From an uncultured Acidobacteriota bacterium (GTDB lineage Bacteria > Acidobacteriota > Thermoanaerobaculia > UBA5066 > Gp7-AA6), in contig CAWATD010000006.1 of assembly GCA_963784935.1 (NCBI GenBank), positions 350,572 to 414,571 of the forward strand: 64,000 nt of DNA, written 5' to 3'. Under the pieces are notes generated by a model that made no database searches, was not told where the DNA came from, and saw only the letters and a list, made by a program, of their open reading frames with translations. The stretch's first letter is position 1. Each line of letters begins with the position of its first letter. Positions 46,079-57,629 of the stretch are shown here, one piece after another. The position numbers and the translations under genes were made by a program.

Positions 46079-49003
46079 GTGAAAAGACGCAATCCACTCC
46101 GCCCCACGCCGATCCGCATCCGCGGCGCCCGGACGCACAACCTCAAGAACATTTCGGCCGACATTCCGCTCGGCCGCCTGACGGTCATCACCGGCGTGTC
46201 GGGCTCGGGCAAGTCGTCGCTGGCCTTCGACACCCTCTACGCCGAGGGGCAGCGGCGCTATGCCGAGTCGCTCTCGACCTACGCGCGCCAGTTTCTCGAG
46301 CGCCTCGACCGGCCGGACGTGGATTCGATCGAGCCGGTGCCGCCGGCGATCGCGCTCGAGCAGAAGAACGGCGTGCGCAACGCGCGCTCGACGGTCGGAA
46401 CGCAGACCGAGATCCACGACAGTCTGCGGCTGCTGTATGCGCACGGCGGCACGACCGTGTGTCCCGACTGCGGCGCCGATGCCGTGGGGGGAGGCGTGGA
46501 CCGGGCTCTCGAAGAGCTGTGCGCGACCGAGGATGGCGCCCGGGCGGTCCTCGTCGCGCCCCTGCGGTGGAAAGACACGGCGACGCCGGTCTCCGGGCGT
46601 CGCAGGCGGGCGGTCGGCGACGGGACGCGGCTGGCCGAGTACAAGCGTGCCGGCTTCTTCCGGGCGCTGGCGCCTTCGGGCGAGATCGTCGAGCTGGGCG
46701 ACGAGGCGTCGGCCCTTCTCGACGCGGAGGGCCGCCTGCGGCTCGTCGTGGGCCGCTTCGTCATCGGCGCCGCGTCGCGCCCGGAGATCGCAGCCGCGGC
46801 CGAAACGGCATTTTCGCTCGCGGGGTCGCTCGAGGCGCGCATGGGCGAGCGCGTGCGGACCTTCCGGCGCGGCCTCCACTGTCCGCGCTGCGGGCGCGAG
46901 TTCCGCGATCCGACGCCACCGCTGTTCGCCTTCAATTCCCCGCTCGGCGCCTGCGCCGTCTGTCAGGGTTTCGGACGCGTGATTGGCGTGGACCTCGAGA
47001 AGGCAATCCCCGATCGCAGCCTGGCGCTCTCGGATCGCCCGATTGCACCCTGGAACACGCCGGCATACGAGTCTGCCTACGACGACCTGTTCCGCGCCTG
47101 CCGCCGCTACTCGGTGCGCACCGACGTGCCGGTGTCGCGCCTGTCCGCGCACGAACGGGAGGTGCTGATCAAGGGGCGCGGGGACTTCTACGGCGTCCAG
47201 GGCTTCTTCGACTGGCTGGAGACCAAGCGGTACAAGATTCACGTCCGAGTCCTGCTGGCGCGCTACCGCGCGTACTCGCTCTGCGGTTCCTGCCGCGGAG
47301 CCCGCCTCGCCGCGCCGGCGCTGTGGGTCCGATTCCGCGGCAGGACGATCGCCGAGCTCGTGGACATGTCGCTCAGGGATCTGAGGGTGTTTCTCGACGG
47401 GCTCTCGCTTTCGGCGGCGGAACAGGCGCGCCTCGGGTCGGTCGTTGCCGAGCTCAGGGCGCGGGTGCGTTACATGAACGACGTGGGGCTCGACTACCTG
47501 ACGCTCGCGCGCCCGGCCCGGACCCTGTCGGGCGGCGAGTCGCAGCGCATCGGCCTGGCCTCCGCGCTGGGGGGGGCCCTGACCGGAACCCTGTACGTGC
47601 TCGACGAGCCGACGATCGGCCTGCACGCGGCCGACACGAAGCGGCTGCTCGCGATCCTCCGGCGTCTGGCCGACCGCGGCAACACCGTGGTCGTCGTGGA
47701 GCACGATCCCGAAGCCATCGAGTCGGCGGACCACGTGATCGACCTCGGCCCCGATGCGGGCAGCCGGGGAGGGCAGGTGCTGTTCGCGGGGACCCCCCGC
47801 GCCCTCGCGCGCGTGAAGGACTCGGCGACCGGGGAGCTCCTGCGCCGCCGCGGGAATCCGGCGCGCGACTCGCGCCCCGCGACGCACGACCCGATCCCGG
47901 GCCGCGGCGCGCGCTCAAGCCCCTCCCGCATCGTTCCCTTCCGCCGCGCGGAGGGCGCCATCACGGTCGTGGGCGCGCGGCAGCACAACCTGCAGAACAT
48001 CACGGTCCGAATCCCGCTCGGACGGCTCGTGGCGCTGGCCGGAGTCTCGGGCTCCGGAAAGTCCACGCTCGTGCGCGACATCCTGCACAACGCGTACGCG
48101 CGCCGGGTCCGCGGCGCGGCGCAATTCGAGGTCGGGGAGCACGATCGCATCGACGGGCTCGAGGGCATCTCCGAGCTGCTGCTGGTCGACCAGAGCCCCC
48201 TCGGCCGCTCGGCGCGCTCGAACCCCGTCACCTACACCAAGGCCTGGGACGAGATCCGCCAGCTCTTCGCCCGCTCCGGACGCGCCCTTTCGCGCGGCAT
48301 CACCCCGCGGGACTTTTCCTTCAATTCGGCCGGCGGCCGCTGCGAGGTCTGCCGCGGCACGGGCTGGCAGACGATCGACATGCAGTTCCTCGCCGACGTC
48401 ACGGTCCGCTGCGAGGCCTGCGACGGGAGACGGTTCCAGCCCCGGGTGCTCGCCGTGCGCCTGCGCGGCAGGAACATCGACGAGGTGCTGGACATGACCG
48501 TCGAGGACGCCGCCGTGTTCTTCGGCGGGGAGGAGAAGATCGTGCGCCGCCTCGAGCCGCTCCTGGAGGCGGGGCTCGGGTATGTCCGGCTCGGGCAACC
48601 CACCGCGACGCTCTCGGGCGGCGAGGCCCAGAGACTCAGGCTGGCGGCCTTTCTGGGGATCCGTCCGGCTTCCACGAACGGGGCTCTGTTTCTGTTCGAC
48701 GAGCCGACGACGGGCCTCCACGCGCGCGACGTGGACCGTCTGCTGGCGACGCTCCGGCGCCTGATCGCGCGCGGCCACTCCGTGCTCGCCGTCGAGCACC
48801 ACCTCGGGTTTCTCGAGGCGAGCGACTGGATCATCGAGCTCGGTCCTGGCGGCGGCGAGGACGGAGGTCGGCTCCTGGGCGAGGGCGCGCCCCGAGACAT
48901 CCGCAGCAACCCGAAGAGTGTGACGGGGCCTTTCCTCGCAGACCCGCGAGCCGCGTTCGGCACCGGTCCAGCCTCTATAATGGGAAAGAAGTCCCTTCGC
49001 TGA
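46079..49003 (+). CDS. uvrA: excinuclease ABC subunit A
   Basis: 974 aa, GTG start. Contains [10 protein letters not shown], two Walker A sites ([18 protein letters not shown]) and zinc-finger Cys pairs. Confidence 0.97.
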   Translation: MKRRNPLRPTPIRIRGARTHNLKNISADIPLGRLTVITGVSGSGKSSLAFDTLYAEGQRRYAESLSTYARQFLERLDRPDVDSIEPVPPAIALEQKNGVRNARSTVGTQTEIHDSLRLLYAHGGTTVCPDCGADAVGGGVDRALEELCATEDGARAVLVAPLRWKDTATPVSGRRRRAVGDGTRLAEYKRAGFFRALAPSGEIVELGDEASALLDAEGRLRLVVGRFVIGAASRPEIAAAAETAFSLAGSLEARMGERVRTFRRGLHCPRCGREFRDPTPPLFAFNSPLGACAVCQGFGRVIGVDLEKAIPDRSLALSDRPIAPWNTPAYESAYDDLFRACRRYSVRTDVPVSRLSAHEREVLIKGRGDFYGVQGFFDWLETKRYKIHVRVLLARYRAYSLCGSCRGARLAAPALWVRFRGRTIAELVDMSLRDLRVFLDGLSLSAAEQARLGSVVAELRARVRYMNDVGLDYLTLARPARTLSGGESQRIGLASALGGALTGTLYVLDEPTIGLHAADTKRLLAILRRLADRGNTVVVVEHDPEAIESADHVIDLGPDAGSRGGQVLFAGTPRALARVKDSATGELLRRRGNPARDSRPATHDPIPGRGARSSPSRIVPFRRAEGAITVVGARQHNLQNITVRIPLGRLVALAGVSGSGKSTLVRDILHNAYARRVRGAAQFEVGEHDRIDGLEGISELLLVDQSPLGRSARSNPVTYTKAWDEIRQLFARSGRALSRGITPRDFSFNSAGGRCEVCRGTGWQTIDMQFLADVTVRCEACDGRRFQPRVLAVRLRGRNIDEVLDMTVEDAAVFFGGEEKIVRRLEPLLEAGLGYVRLGQPTATLSGGEAQRLRLAAFLGIRPASTNGALFLFDEPTTGLHARDVDRLLATLRRLIARGHSVLAVEHHLGFLEASDWIIELGPGGGEDGGRLLGEGAPRDIRSNPKSVTGPFLADPRAAFGTGPASIMGKKSLR

Positions 49004-49011
49004 AAAACGCC

Positions 49012-52000
49012 GTGAAGAGAGCTGCAGAATCTCGAGCATCGGACGACCGGGCGGAGCCAGGCCCTCTCCGGCGACCGCTCGCGGCCCTGCTTCTGGCCCT
49101 GTTGCCGGTCGCCGTTCCGGGCGAGCCCGCGCGCCCTCCCGAGCCTTCCTTCCTCGGGCGCTTCATGTTCCGGACGTACGCGCAGGAGGAAGGCATGTCA
49201 GACCCTTCCGTCGAGTGCGTCCTGCAGGACCGCGCCGGGTTCCTCTGGGCCGGGACAGACGACGGCCTCTTTCGTTTCGACGGCCGCACCTTCACGAAAT
49301 TCAGCCGCGAGCAGGGCTTGCCCCAGACGCGCATCTATCAGCTGTATGAGACTGCCGACGGCCGTTTCTATGCCGGAACGGGCGCGGGACTCGCCCGGTT
49401 CCAGGCAGGCCGGTTCGTCGTCGTCGGCGGCAAGACGGGGTTGAGCGCGCTCGCGATCAGTCACCAGGGCGTGGCGTCGGATCGGGAAGGCACCGTGTAC
49501 GTCGGCACGGACCACGGCCTGTTCTCGGGCAAGAACGACCACTATGAACCGGACCAGGAGGCGAATGCCGTCGGGGAGGGCGCGGTTGGCGGGGTCCACG
49601 TGGACGCCGCGGGCGCGTTGTACTTCGCGCGTGGCGGAATCCTCTTCCGAAAGGAGTCGGGGCGCGTCGTCGAGTTCGGGCGGCCGCGCGGGCTGCCCTC
49701 CGAGGAGACGATCGACGAAGTGCGCTCCGACCGGGCGGGGCAGCTGTGGGCCCGCACCCTCAAGCACCTGTATCTCCTGCCGAAGGGCGGCCAGAAGTTC
49801 GAGCGGGACGACCAGGGCCTGCCCGAGTCGAGCGAGGTCGGACGGCTCGCCTTCGACGACAAAGGCGAGCTGCTGGTGCCGACCGTCCAGGGCCTCGCTT
49901 TCAAGCAAGGCGGCATCTGGCGCCTCATCGGGCGCCGGGAAGGTCTGGCCTCCGATGCCGCGCTCTCCGCGCTCGTCGATCGCGAGGGCTCGCTCTGGGT
50001 CGGATTGCTCGGGGGCGGGCTCGACCGCCGGCTCGGCCGTGGCCAGTTCACCAACTGGACCCGCTCCGACGGACTCCCGCAGGAAGTGGTGTGGGCCATC
50101 GTTCGACAGAAGGCGACGCCCGGGGCCGGCGCCATCTGGGTCGGGACCGAGCAGGGCCTGAACCGGCTGGATCCGGTTTCGGGCGAGGTCCGCCGGCTCG
50201 GCGTCGAAGACGGCCTCGGCGGTAACACGATCGCGACCCTCGCGGCGGGAAGCGACGGCAGCGTGTGGATCGGCTCCTGGCCCGGGGGCGTCACGCGACG
50301 GATGCCGGACGGGAAGCTGCGTCGCTACTCGGCCGAGGACACGGCGCCAGAGCAGTTCCGCGTGGCCGCGATTCACGTCCGCGCCGACGGCGAGGTCTGG
50401 TTCGGGGCCGTCGAGGGGCTCTACCGGCTGCGCGCGGGCTCGAGTGCCACCGTGCTCGAGCGGGTTGCGCTGGGCCGCGAAAAGCCGGACAACGTCCGCG
50501 GGTTCGCCGAGGACCCCGCCGGCACGCTGTACGCCGCGAGCAAGCAGGGAATCCTGCGCCTGACGGGATCCGCGCCGCGCAAGTTCACGCGCGAGGACGG
50601 CCTGCGGGAGGACTACCTCTCCTCGATCGCGTTCGGCGCCGACGGGAGCGCCGTCGTGGCGTACCGCGAGTCGATCGGCGCCGCGAGGGTGATCATCGAA
50701 GGCGACCGCATCACGGTCAAGCCGATCAACACGGCCAGCGGGCTGATCTCCAACAAGGTCGTCCTGCTCGGCCGCGAGTCCTCCGGCGCGTTCTGGATCG
50801 GCACCGGAACCGGTGTCGACGTCTTTTCGGCCGACTGGACGCGGACCGCCCACTACGGAAAGCCCGACGGCATGGTCAGCGACGACCTCGACCAGAATGC
50901 ATTCTATGCCGAGCCCGACGGAACGGTCTGGCTCGGCTCGAGCCGGGGATTGATCCGCTTCCAGGCGGGCACGACCCCTGCGCCCGAGCCGCCTCCGCCT
51001 GTGGTCATCACCGATGTTCGAGCGGGGCAGCGGCAGCTCGACCCCGGGCGTCCGGCGGCCCTGGGCGCCGGCGAGCGCAACTTCAGCGTCTCGTGGGCGG
51101 GATTGACGTTCATCGAGCCTCACAAGGTGCGCTATCGGCACAGGATGCTGGGTCTGGTCGACCAGTACACGGAGACCGAGCTGACCGAGGCGCGGTTCCC
51201 GGCCCTGCCGTCTGGCAAGTACCGGTTCGAAGTTCTTTGCATTTCCGCCTCCGGGAAGGTCTCGCGGACTCCGGCCATCTTTGAGCTCGAGGTCCGCGCC
51301 GCGTGGTGGCAGACGCTGTGGGCGCGCCTGCTCGGGGTGCTGCTTGCCGCGGGCGCCCTGTTCGCGGTGGTGGGTTGGCGCACGCGCCACCTGGAGGCCG
51401 AGCGCCGGCGCCTCGAAGAGGCCGTTGCCGCGCGCAGCGCCGAGCTCGCCGCGGCCAACCGGGAATTGCGCGAGGCCTCGTTCACCGATGCCCTCACGGG
51501 GGCGCGCAACCGGCGATTCTTCTCGACCGTCATCGAGGACGACGTGAACCGGACTCTGCGCGTCCATTCGACCCCGGCGCAGAACCGGCCGCGCAACTGC
51601 GACCTCATCTTCTACATCGTGGACATCGACCACTTCAAGGAGATCAACGACGAGTTCGGCCACGACCGCGGCGATGGCGTGCTCGCGGAGGTTGCGCGCC
51701 GGCTTACGCAGGTCGTGCGCGATTCGGACCGCTTGATCCGGTGGGGCGGCGAGGAGTTCCTGCTCATTTCGCGGGACGCCGACCGCACGCGGGGCGACGT
51801 GCTCGCGGGCCGCGTCATGCAGTCGGTCGGGTCGGAGCCCTTCGACCTGGGCAACGGCCGGAAGGTCCGGCGCACGTGCTCGGTCGGGTGGGCGCCGTTT
51901 CCATGGTACCCGGACTCGACGCGGACCTTTGCCTTCACCGAAGTGCTCAAGCTCGCGGACCGGGCCATGTACCTGGCCAAGCAGTCGGGACGGAACCGCT

Positions 52001-52143
52001 CCGTGGGCGTCCTGCCGGCCGGGCTCTACGCCGAACAGGGCGGCCGCAACGGCGAGTGGTGGGAAAAGCCGCTGACCGAATGCGAAGGCACGGCCGTGAC
52101 GCTCGTGCGCTCGGGGGGCCCGGTCGTCGTCTCGGAAGACTGA
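49012..52143 (+). CDS. periplasmic beta-propeller (Reg_prop / Y_Y_Y-type) sensor diguanylate cyclase
   Basis: The real gene is the 3' part of the 1894-aa track ORF. GTG 49012 gives a signal-like LAALLLALLPVAVPG. Repeated ...W(V/A)GT..GL.R(F/L) propeller units, the TM helix WWQTLWARLLGVLLAAGALFAVVGW, then a GGDEF domain (DALTGARNRR, VDIDHFKEINDEFGH, RWGGEEF). The start could instead be the downstream MFRTYAQ. Confidence 0.85.
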   Translation: MKRAAESRASDDRAEPGPLRRPLAALLLALLPVAVPGEPARPPEPSFLGRFMFRTYAQEEGMSDPSVECVLQDRAGFLWAGTDDGLFRFDGRTFTKFSREQGLPQTRIYQLYETADGRFYAGTGAGLARFQAGRFVVVGGKTGLSALAISHQGVASDREGTVYVGTDHGLFSGKNDHYEPDQEANAVGEGAVGGVHVDAAGALYFARGGILFRKESGRVVEFGRPRGLPSEETIDEVRSDRAGQLWARTLKHLYLLPKGGQKFERDDQGLPESSEVGRLAFDDKGELLVPTVQGLAFKQGGIWRLIGRREGLASDAALSALVDREGSLWVGLLGGGLDRRLGRGQFTNWTRSDGLPQEVVWAIVRQKATPGAGAIWVGTEQGLNRLDPVSGEVRRLGVEDGLGGNTIATLAAGSDGSVWIGSWPGGVTRRMPDGKLRRYSAEDTAPEQFRVAAIHVRADGEVWFGAVEGLYRLRAGSSATVLERVALGREKPDNVRGFAEDPAGTLYAASKQGILRLTGSAPRKFTREDGLREDYLSSIAFGADGSAVVAYRESIGAARVIIEGDRITVKPINTASGLISNKVVLLGRESSGAFWIGTGTGVDVFSADWTRTAHYGKPDGMVSDDLDQNAFYAEPDGTVWLGSSRGLIRFQAGTTPAPEPPPPVVITDVRAGQRQLDPGRPAALGAGERNFSVSWAGLTFIEPHKVRYRHRMLGLVDQYTETELTEARFPALPSGKYRFEVLCISASGKVSRTPAIFELEVRAAWWQTLWARLLGVLLAAGALFAVVGWRTRHLEAERRRLEEAVAARSAELAAANRELREASFTDALTGARNRRFFSTVIEDDVNRTLRVHSTPAQNRPRNCDLIFYIVDIDHFKEINDEFGHDRGDGVLAEVARRLTQVVRDSDRLIRWGGEEFLLISRDADRTRGDVLAGRVMQSVGSEPFDLGNGRKVRRTCSVGWAPFPWYPDSTRTFAFTEVLKLADRAMYLAKQSGRNRSVGVLPAGLYAEQGGRNGEWWEKPLTECEGTAVTLVRSGGPVVVSED

Positions 52144-52175
52144 TTCCGGCAAGACCTTCCCTCCCGGCCCGGCGT

Positions 52176-52682
52176 CTAGGGTTTCTTGCCGGCTTCCTCG
52201 AGGAACTGCACCATCGCGTCCTTGCCGCGGTAGCCGTCGGTCTTGGCGATGAGGGTGCCGTCGGGGGCCGCGGCCACGATGGTCGGGAACCCGACGATCT
52301 CGTAGTGGCGCTGCAGCTCCGAGACATCGGGAGCATTGCGCCCGTCTTCCCGCGAGCGATCCACGACGCGGGTCGGAATGAAGGCGGCGTTGACCTGGTC
52401 CGCGAGGCCGGGATCTTCCCAGTCGCGGTCGACCAGCTTGCACGGGGCGCACCACGCCGCCGTGAAGTCGTAGAGGATCGGCTTGCCCGAGCTCCTGGCG
52501 AGGGCGGCCGCCTTTTCGAGGGGCTGCCAGCGGACCAGCCCCACGCCGCCGCCGTCGCGGCGGTCCATGACGCCCGTGACGGCGCGCAGGACCAGCGCCG
52601 CCAGCAAAGCCCAGAAGAAGACGGGGGAAACCCGCGACTGCGACCGCGGGAAGGGCGGGGCCTCAGTCCTGTCCATACGCAA
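52176..52682 (-). CDS. membrane-anchored thioredoxin-fold protein
   Basis: 168 aa. N-terminal TM helix; active site WCAPC. Confidence 0.8.
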   Translation of the reverse strand: MRMDRTEAPPFPRSQSRVSPVFFWALLAALVLRAVTGVMDRRDGGGVGLVRWQPLEKAAALARSSGKPILYDFTAAWCAPCKLVDRDWEDPGLADQVNAAFIPTRVVDRSREDGRNAPDVSELQRHYEIVGFPTIVAAAPDGTLIAKTDGYRGKDAMVQFLEEAGKKP

Positions 52683-53358
52683 ACTCCCTGCGGCTCAGGA
52701 CGACGGCAGCCAGGACGAAGCACAGCATGACGGCGAAGACCCAGCGCCCGAGCGCTTCCGCCGGAACAGGGCGACCGGCGAGCACCGCGTCCCACCGGAC
52801 GTCGGGCAGCAGATTCTCCTGGACGACGCGCGCCGCCTTCGCGAGGTTCGCCCTCCCGAGCGCGGTCGCGAAGCCGGAGGCCGCGGAAAAGGCGATCCCC
52901 AGAAAAAGGTAGCCGAGCGCGTCCCCGAACGACGGAAGCAGCGTGGATAGCAGAAGCAGAAGCGCGGCGGCCTGGAGTCCGTCGAGCAGGGCGCCGACCA
53001 GGGCCCGCGGGAGCGCCGGGGTCAGCAGCGTCGCCACCCCGCCGTACCGGAACGAGATGACGAGGGCGAAGACGGTCGCCGCGGCGAGGAAGATCGCGTA
53101 GGCCGCCATCACGCCCAGCAGGCGCCCTCCGAGGTACTCGGTGCGCGAGATGGGCCGCGCCAGGATCATCTGGAGCGCGCCGCTCGACGCATCGCGCGAC
53201 ACGGCGCCCGAGGCAATCAGGAGCAGGGCGACGAGCCGCGCGGGGCCGTTCGCCAGCGCCGGCGGCGCGGCGACGAGCAGGGCCAGCACGGCGAGCGTGA
53301 CCGAGACGAGCGGGCTCTCGAACTTCTGGCGGAGAAAGCGCTGCGCCATCACGATCAT
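52663..53358 (-). CDS. ABC-2-type transporter permease
   Basis: 231 aa with 6 TM helices. ATGA overlap with the upstream ATPase gene. Confidence 0.65.
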   Translation of the reverse strand: MIVMAQRFLRQKFESPLVSVTLAVLALLVAAPPALANGPARLVALLLIASGAVSRDASSGALQMILARPISRTEYLGGRLLGVMAAYAIFLAAATVFALVISFRYGGVATLLTPALPRALVGALLDGLQAAALLLLLSTLLPSFGDALGYLFLGIAFSAASGFATALGRANLAKAARVVQENLLPDVRWDAVLAGRPVPAEALGRWVFAVMLCFVLAAVVLSRREFAYGQD

Positions 53359-54266
53359 GATGGCGGCGCCTCGCGAAAGAGCTCCTCGAGCTCGGCCGAG
53401 GAGCGGACCTCGAGGACCGGCATGTCGGCGAGCGCGAGCGCCCTCACCGCCAGGGCGACGTCCGCCTCGGAGGTCGCCGACAGCCGCAGCACTCCCTCCC
53501 GGCCCGGCTCGGCCGCGATGCCCGCCGCGGCCAACGCCGCGTGCGCGGCCTCGAGCCGGTCGGGGGGCACCCGGACGACGGCGCGGCGCCGCGAGGCGGC
53601 CTCGCCCGTGAGGGTCTCGGTGCGCGTGAGGCGCCCGTGGTCGATGAAGACGACCCGATCGCAGACCCGTTCGACCTCGCTCAGCTGGTGGGAGTTCAGG
53701 ACGATCGTCGCGCCCCGGGCCTTGGCCGCCAGGATCTGCTCGCGGATGATGGCCACTCCGAGGGGATCCGTGCCCGAGGCCGGCTCGTCGAGAAAGAGCA
53801 GCGCGGGCTGGCGCAGGGTCGCCTGCGCCATTCCGATGCGCTGGAGCATGCCCCGCGAGTACGTCCGCAGTTTCTTGCCGAGCGCGGACCGTTCGAGGCC
53901 GACACGCTCAGCCGCGGCCGGGATCTCGACGCGCTCGCGCGCCGGGTCGCCGCCGCAGAGGCGCCAGTGGACCGAGAGAAAACTCGCGCCCGACAGGTCC
54001 CGGTCGAAGCCGAGGCGCTCGGGCATGTACCCGGTCCGGGCGCGGACCCACAGGTCGTCGACCGCGCGCCCCTCGACGGCGAGCCGGCCCGAGTCGGGCC
54101 GCAGGAATCCGAGCAGACAGGAAAGCAGCGTCGTCTTGCCGGCGCCGTTGGGGCCAATCAAGCCGAGCGCCTCGCCGCGGCGCACCTCGAGCGACACGCC
54201 GTCGAGCGCGCGGGTCGTCCGGCCGAAGCGACCGTAGGTCTTGGATACGGATTCGACGGTGATCAC
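53355..54266 (-). CDS. ABC transporter ATP-binding protein
   Basis: 303 aa. Walker A GPNGAGKTT, signature YSRGMLQR, Walker B LLFLDEP. Confidence 0.9.
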   Translation of the reverse strand: MITVESVSKTYGRFGRTTRALDGVSLEVRRGEALGLIGPNGAGKTTLLSCLLGFLRPDSGRLAVEGRAVDDLWVRARTGYMPERLGFDRDLSGASFLSVHWRLCGGDPARERVEIPAAAERVGLERSALGKKLRTYSRGMLQRIGMAQATLRQPALLFLDEPASGTDPLGVAIIREQILAAKARGATIVLNSHQLSEVERVCDRVVFIDHGRLTRTETLTGEAASRRRAVVRVPPDRLEAAHAALAAAGIAAEPGREGVLRLSATSEADVALAVRALALADMPVLEVRSSAELEELFREAPPS

Positions 54267-54332
54267 GGTGGGGGATGATACGGGATTCGGGAATATGGTC
54301 TATTCTTCGGCGCGTTTGCAACGCGGTCTGGC

Positions 54333-55297
<965 letters not shown>

Positions 55298-55301
<4 letters not shown>

Positions 55302-56035
55302 AGAAGCTCTTCGCGATCGTCGGCCGGGAGTGGCGTGCCTATTTCCTCTCGCCGCTCGCCTACGTGATCCTCACGGCCTACATGTTCCTGAACGGCATCA
55401 TCTTTTCGCGCATCGTGGCCTTCCTTTCGGCGCCGGGAGCGCCACGCGAGCGGTTCCTCTCGCTGATGTTCACGAACACGTACTTCTGGATTTTCACGCT
55501 CTTCATCATCCCGATCCTGACGATGCGCCTGCTCGCCGAGGAGCGGCGCTCGGGAACGCTCGAGGTCCTGCTCACGTCCCCGGTTTCCGAGGCGACCGTG
55601 GTCGTCGGAAAATTCCTCGGGGCCTGCGGCTTCTTCCTGGTGCTCTGGGTTCCGAGCGTCCTGTTCATCCTCTTCCTGCGCGCGAAGACCTCGGTCGACC
55701 TCGGCGCGGTGGCCTCGGGGTATGCGGGGATCGCGCTGCTCGGCGCGTACTTCCTGGCGATCGGCACGTTTGCTTCGGCGCTGACGAAGAACCAGATCCT
55801 CGCGGCCATCCTGACCTTCGCGATCCTGATCCCCGTCTTTTCCGTGGGGCTGTTCGAGTCGGGCGCCGACCCGGCGCGGCAGAGCCTGATCGGGTACCTC
55901 AACATCTGGGAGCACATGGACGAGTTCGCGCGGGGCGTGGTCGACACGCGCCGGATCCTGTATTACCTGTCGGGGACGGCCTTCTTCCTGTTCCTCGCGG
56001 CGACGATCCTTTCCTCGAAGAAGGAGACGCCGTGA
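55298..56035 (+). CDS. ABC-2 permease (GldF-like)
   Basis: GTGA overlap. 245 aa with 6 TM helices. Contains EERRSGTLEVLLTSPVS. Confidence 0.8.
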
Positions 56036-57492
56036 GCGCCCGCTCCACGCGAGTGGGCACGTCGGCGGCCGGCATCCTGCTCGCGGCGGCGCTCTGGCTG
56101 GGCGTGAACTACCTCTCGACGCGCCACTGGAAGCGCTTCGACTGGACGCGGGCGCAGGTGTACTCGCTCTCGGAAACCACGAAGAAGACCCTCGAGGGCC
56201 TCAAGAAGCCCGTGCAGGTGACCGTGTTCATGGTCTCGGGGCGGTCGCGGGTGCTGCCCGAGGTCAAGGAGCTGCTGGCCCGTTACCAGCAGCTCAGCCC
56301 GAAGATCGAGGTCGAGTACCTCGATCCCCAGCGCAACATGGCCCGGGCCGAGGCGCTCGTCAAGGATGCCGGCGTGCGGGAAAACACGGTCGTGTTCCGC
56401 TCCGGCGATCGCCGGAAGTACGTCGACGAGGACAAGCTCGCCGACTTCGACTTTTCGGGCGCCGGCATGGGCGGTGCGGCGACCGTCAAGAGTTTCAAGG
56501 CGGAGGAGGCCTTCACGTCCGCCATCCTCTCGGTCACCGAGGACCGGCAGTCCCGCGTGTACTTCACGAAGGGGCACGGCGAGGCGGCGATCGATTCGAC
56601 GGAGCGCGGGCGCGGCTATGCCGACGCCCGGCAAGAGCTCGAGCGCGGCAACCTGGTCGTCTCGACGTGGGAGGCGCTCGGAAAGGACGACCTTCCGAAG
56701 GACGCGGACCTCATCGTCGTGGCCGGGCCCCGCACGGCGTTTCTCGAGCCGGAAGCCGCGGCGCTCGCGAAGTATCTCGGGGCGGGCGGGCGCGCACTGC
56801 TGCTCCTCGATCCGATCCTGCCGGGCCCGGGCGCGCCGCCCGCGGACCTCGGCCTCGGTGCCCTGCTCGGAAAGTACGGCATCCGGCTGGGCGACGACCT
56901 CGTCGTGGATCCCGCCAACGCCCTTCCGAATGTGGGGGCCGAAACCCTGGTTGCCAGCAAGTACGGCAATCATCCGATCGTACGATCGCTGGCCGCCGAA
57001 GGCCTCCCGGCCGTGTTCCAGCTCGCGCGTTCGGTGACGAAGGCCGAAAAGGATCCACAGGGCCTTTCGGAGGCCATGCTCATCGAGACGTCCGCGGAGG
57101 GCTGGGGCGAGACCAACCTCAAGCAGCTCGATTCCGGGCTCAAGAAGGAGCCCGGGGACACGCCGGGGCCGGTTTCGCTGGCCGTTGCCGTGGGCCCCGC
57201 CGACGAGAGGAAGAAGGGTGATCCGTCGCCGCGGCTCGTCGTGTTCGGCAACTCCCGGTTCGCAGCCAGCGGGTCCATTCAGAACGGTGCCAACGGCACG
57301 CTGTTCGCGAACGCAGCGCAGTGGCTGGCCGGCCGGGACCGCCAGGTCGGCATCGCGCCGAAGACGCCGGAGCAGGCATCGCTGACGCTCACCGAAAACC
57401 AGGTCATCCGGATCGGCTGGACGGTCATCGTCGGGCTGCCGGCCCTGGCCATCCTGCTCGGCGTCTGGGTCTGGTACCGGCGGCGGGACTAG
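56032..57492 (+). CDS. GldG-like ABC transporter auxiliary protein
   Basis: GTGA overlap. 486 aa with N- and C-terminal TM helices flanking a large soluble domain. TAG stop lies inside a CTAG at 57489-57492. Confidence 0.8.
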   Translation: MSARSTRVGTSAAGILLAAALWLGVNYLSTRHWKRFDWTRAQVYSLSETTKKTLEGLKKPVQVTVFMVSGRSRVLPEVKELLARYQQLSPKIEVEYLDPQRNMARAEALVKDAGVRENTVVFRSGDRRKYVDEDKLADFDFSGAGMGGAATVKSFKAEEAFTSAILSVTEDRQSRVYFTKGHGEAAIDSTERGRGYADARQELERGNLVVSTWEALGKDDLPKDADLIVVAGPRTAFLEPEAAALAKYLGAGGRALLLLDPILPGPGAPPADLGLGALLGKYGIRLGDDLVVDPANALPNVGAETLVASKYGNHPIVRSLAAEGLPAVFQLARSVTKAEKDPQGLSEAMLIETSAEGWGETNLKQLDSGLKKEPGDTPGPVSLAVAVGPADERKKGDPSPRLVVFGNSRFAASGSIQNGANGTLFANAAQWLAGRDRQVGIAPKTPEQASLTLTENQVIRIGWTVIVGLPALAILLGVWVWYRRRD

Positions 57493-57620
57493 TGTTCTGG
57501 CACCGAAGTTTCGATAGCGCCGTGCGGCTTCTCACAACCACCGTGGCCCTCGCTCTTGGGCCTTACTCGCATCTTTCAAGCGAAGAGATTGGCATCGTGA
57601 CTTCGGTTACAGGACACTAG
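57489..57620 (+). repeat. copy C of the ~123-nt element (core 57493-57616), flanked by CTAG / CTAG
   Basis: Full-length hand alignment with A and B (one extra nt). Perfect 4-bp direct repeats at both ends. Lies between the gldG-like stop and the next same-strand start at 57630. Confidence 0.85.
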
Positions 57621-57629
57621 GGTCCGGCC

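Noticed and set aside
46459-52143. 1894-aa ORF, the longest in the track
   Set aside because: Its first ~850 codons are an out-of-frame, Arg/Gly/Pro-rich read through uvrA, the usual high-GC open-frame artefact. Protein-like sequence starts only after 49003. I called it as a 1043-aa cyclase from 49012.
52146-52191. CCGGCAAGA ... TCTTGCCGG inverted repeat between the convergent cyclase and thioredoxin-like genes
   Set aside because: The loop is about 28 nt, there is no T-tract, and the second arm lies inside the coding region of the minus-strand gene. This is too weak to call a terminator.
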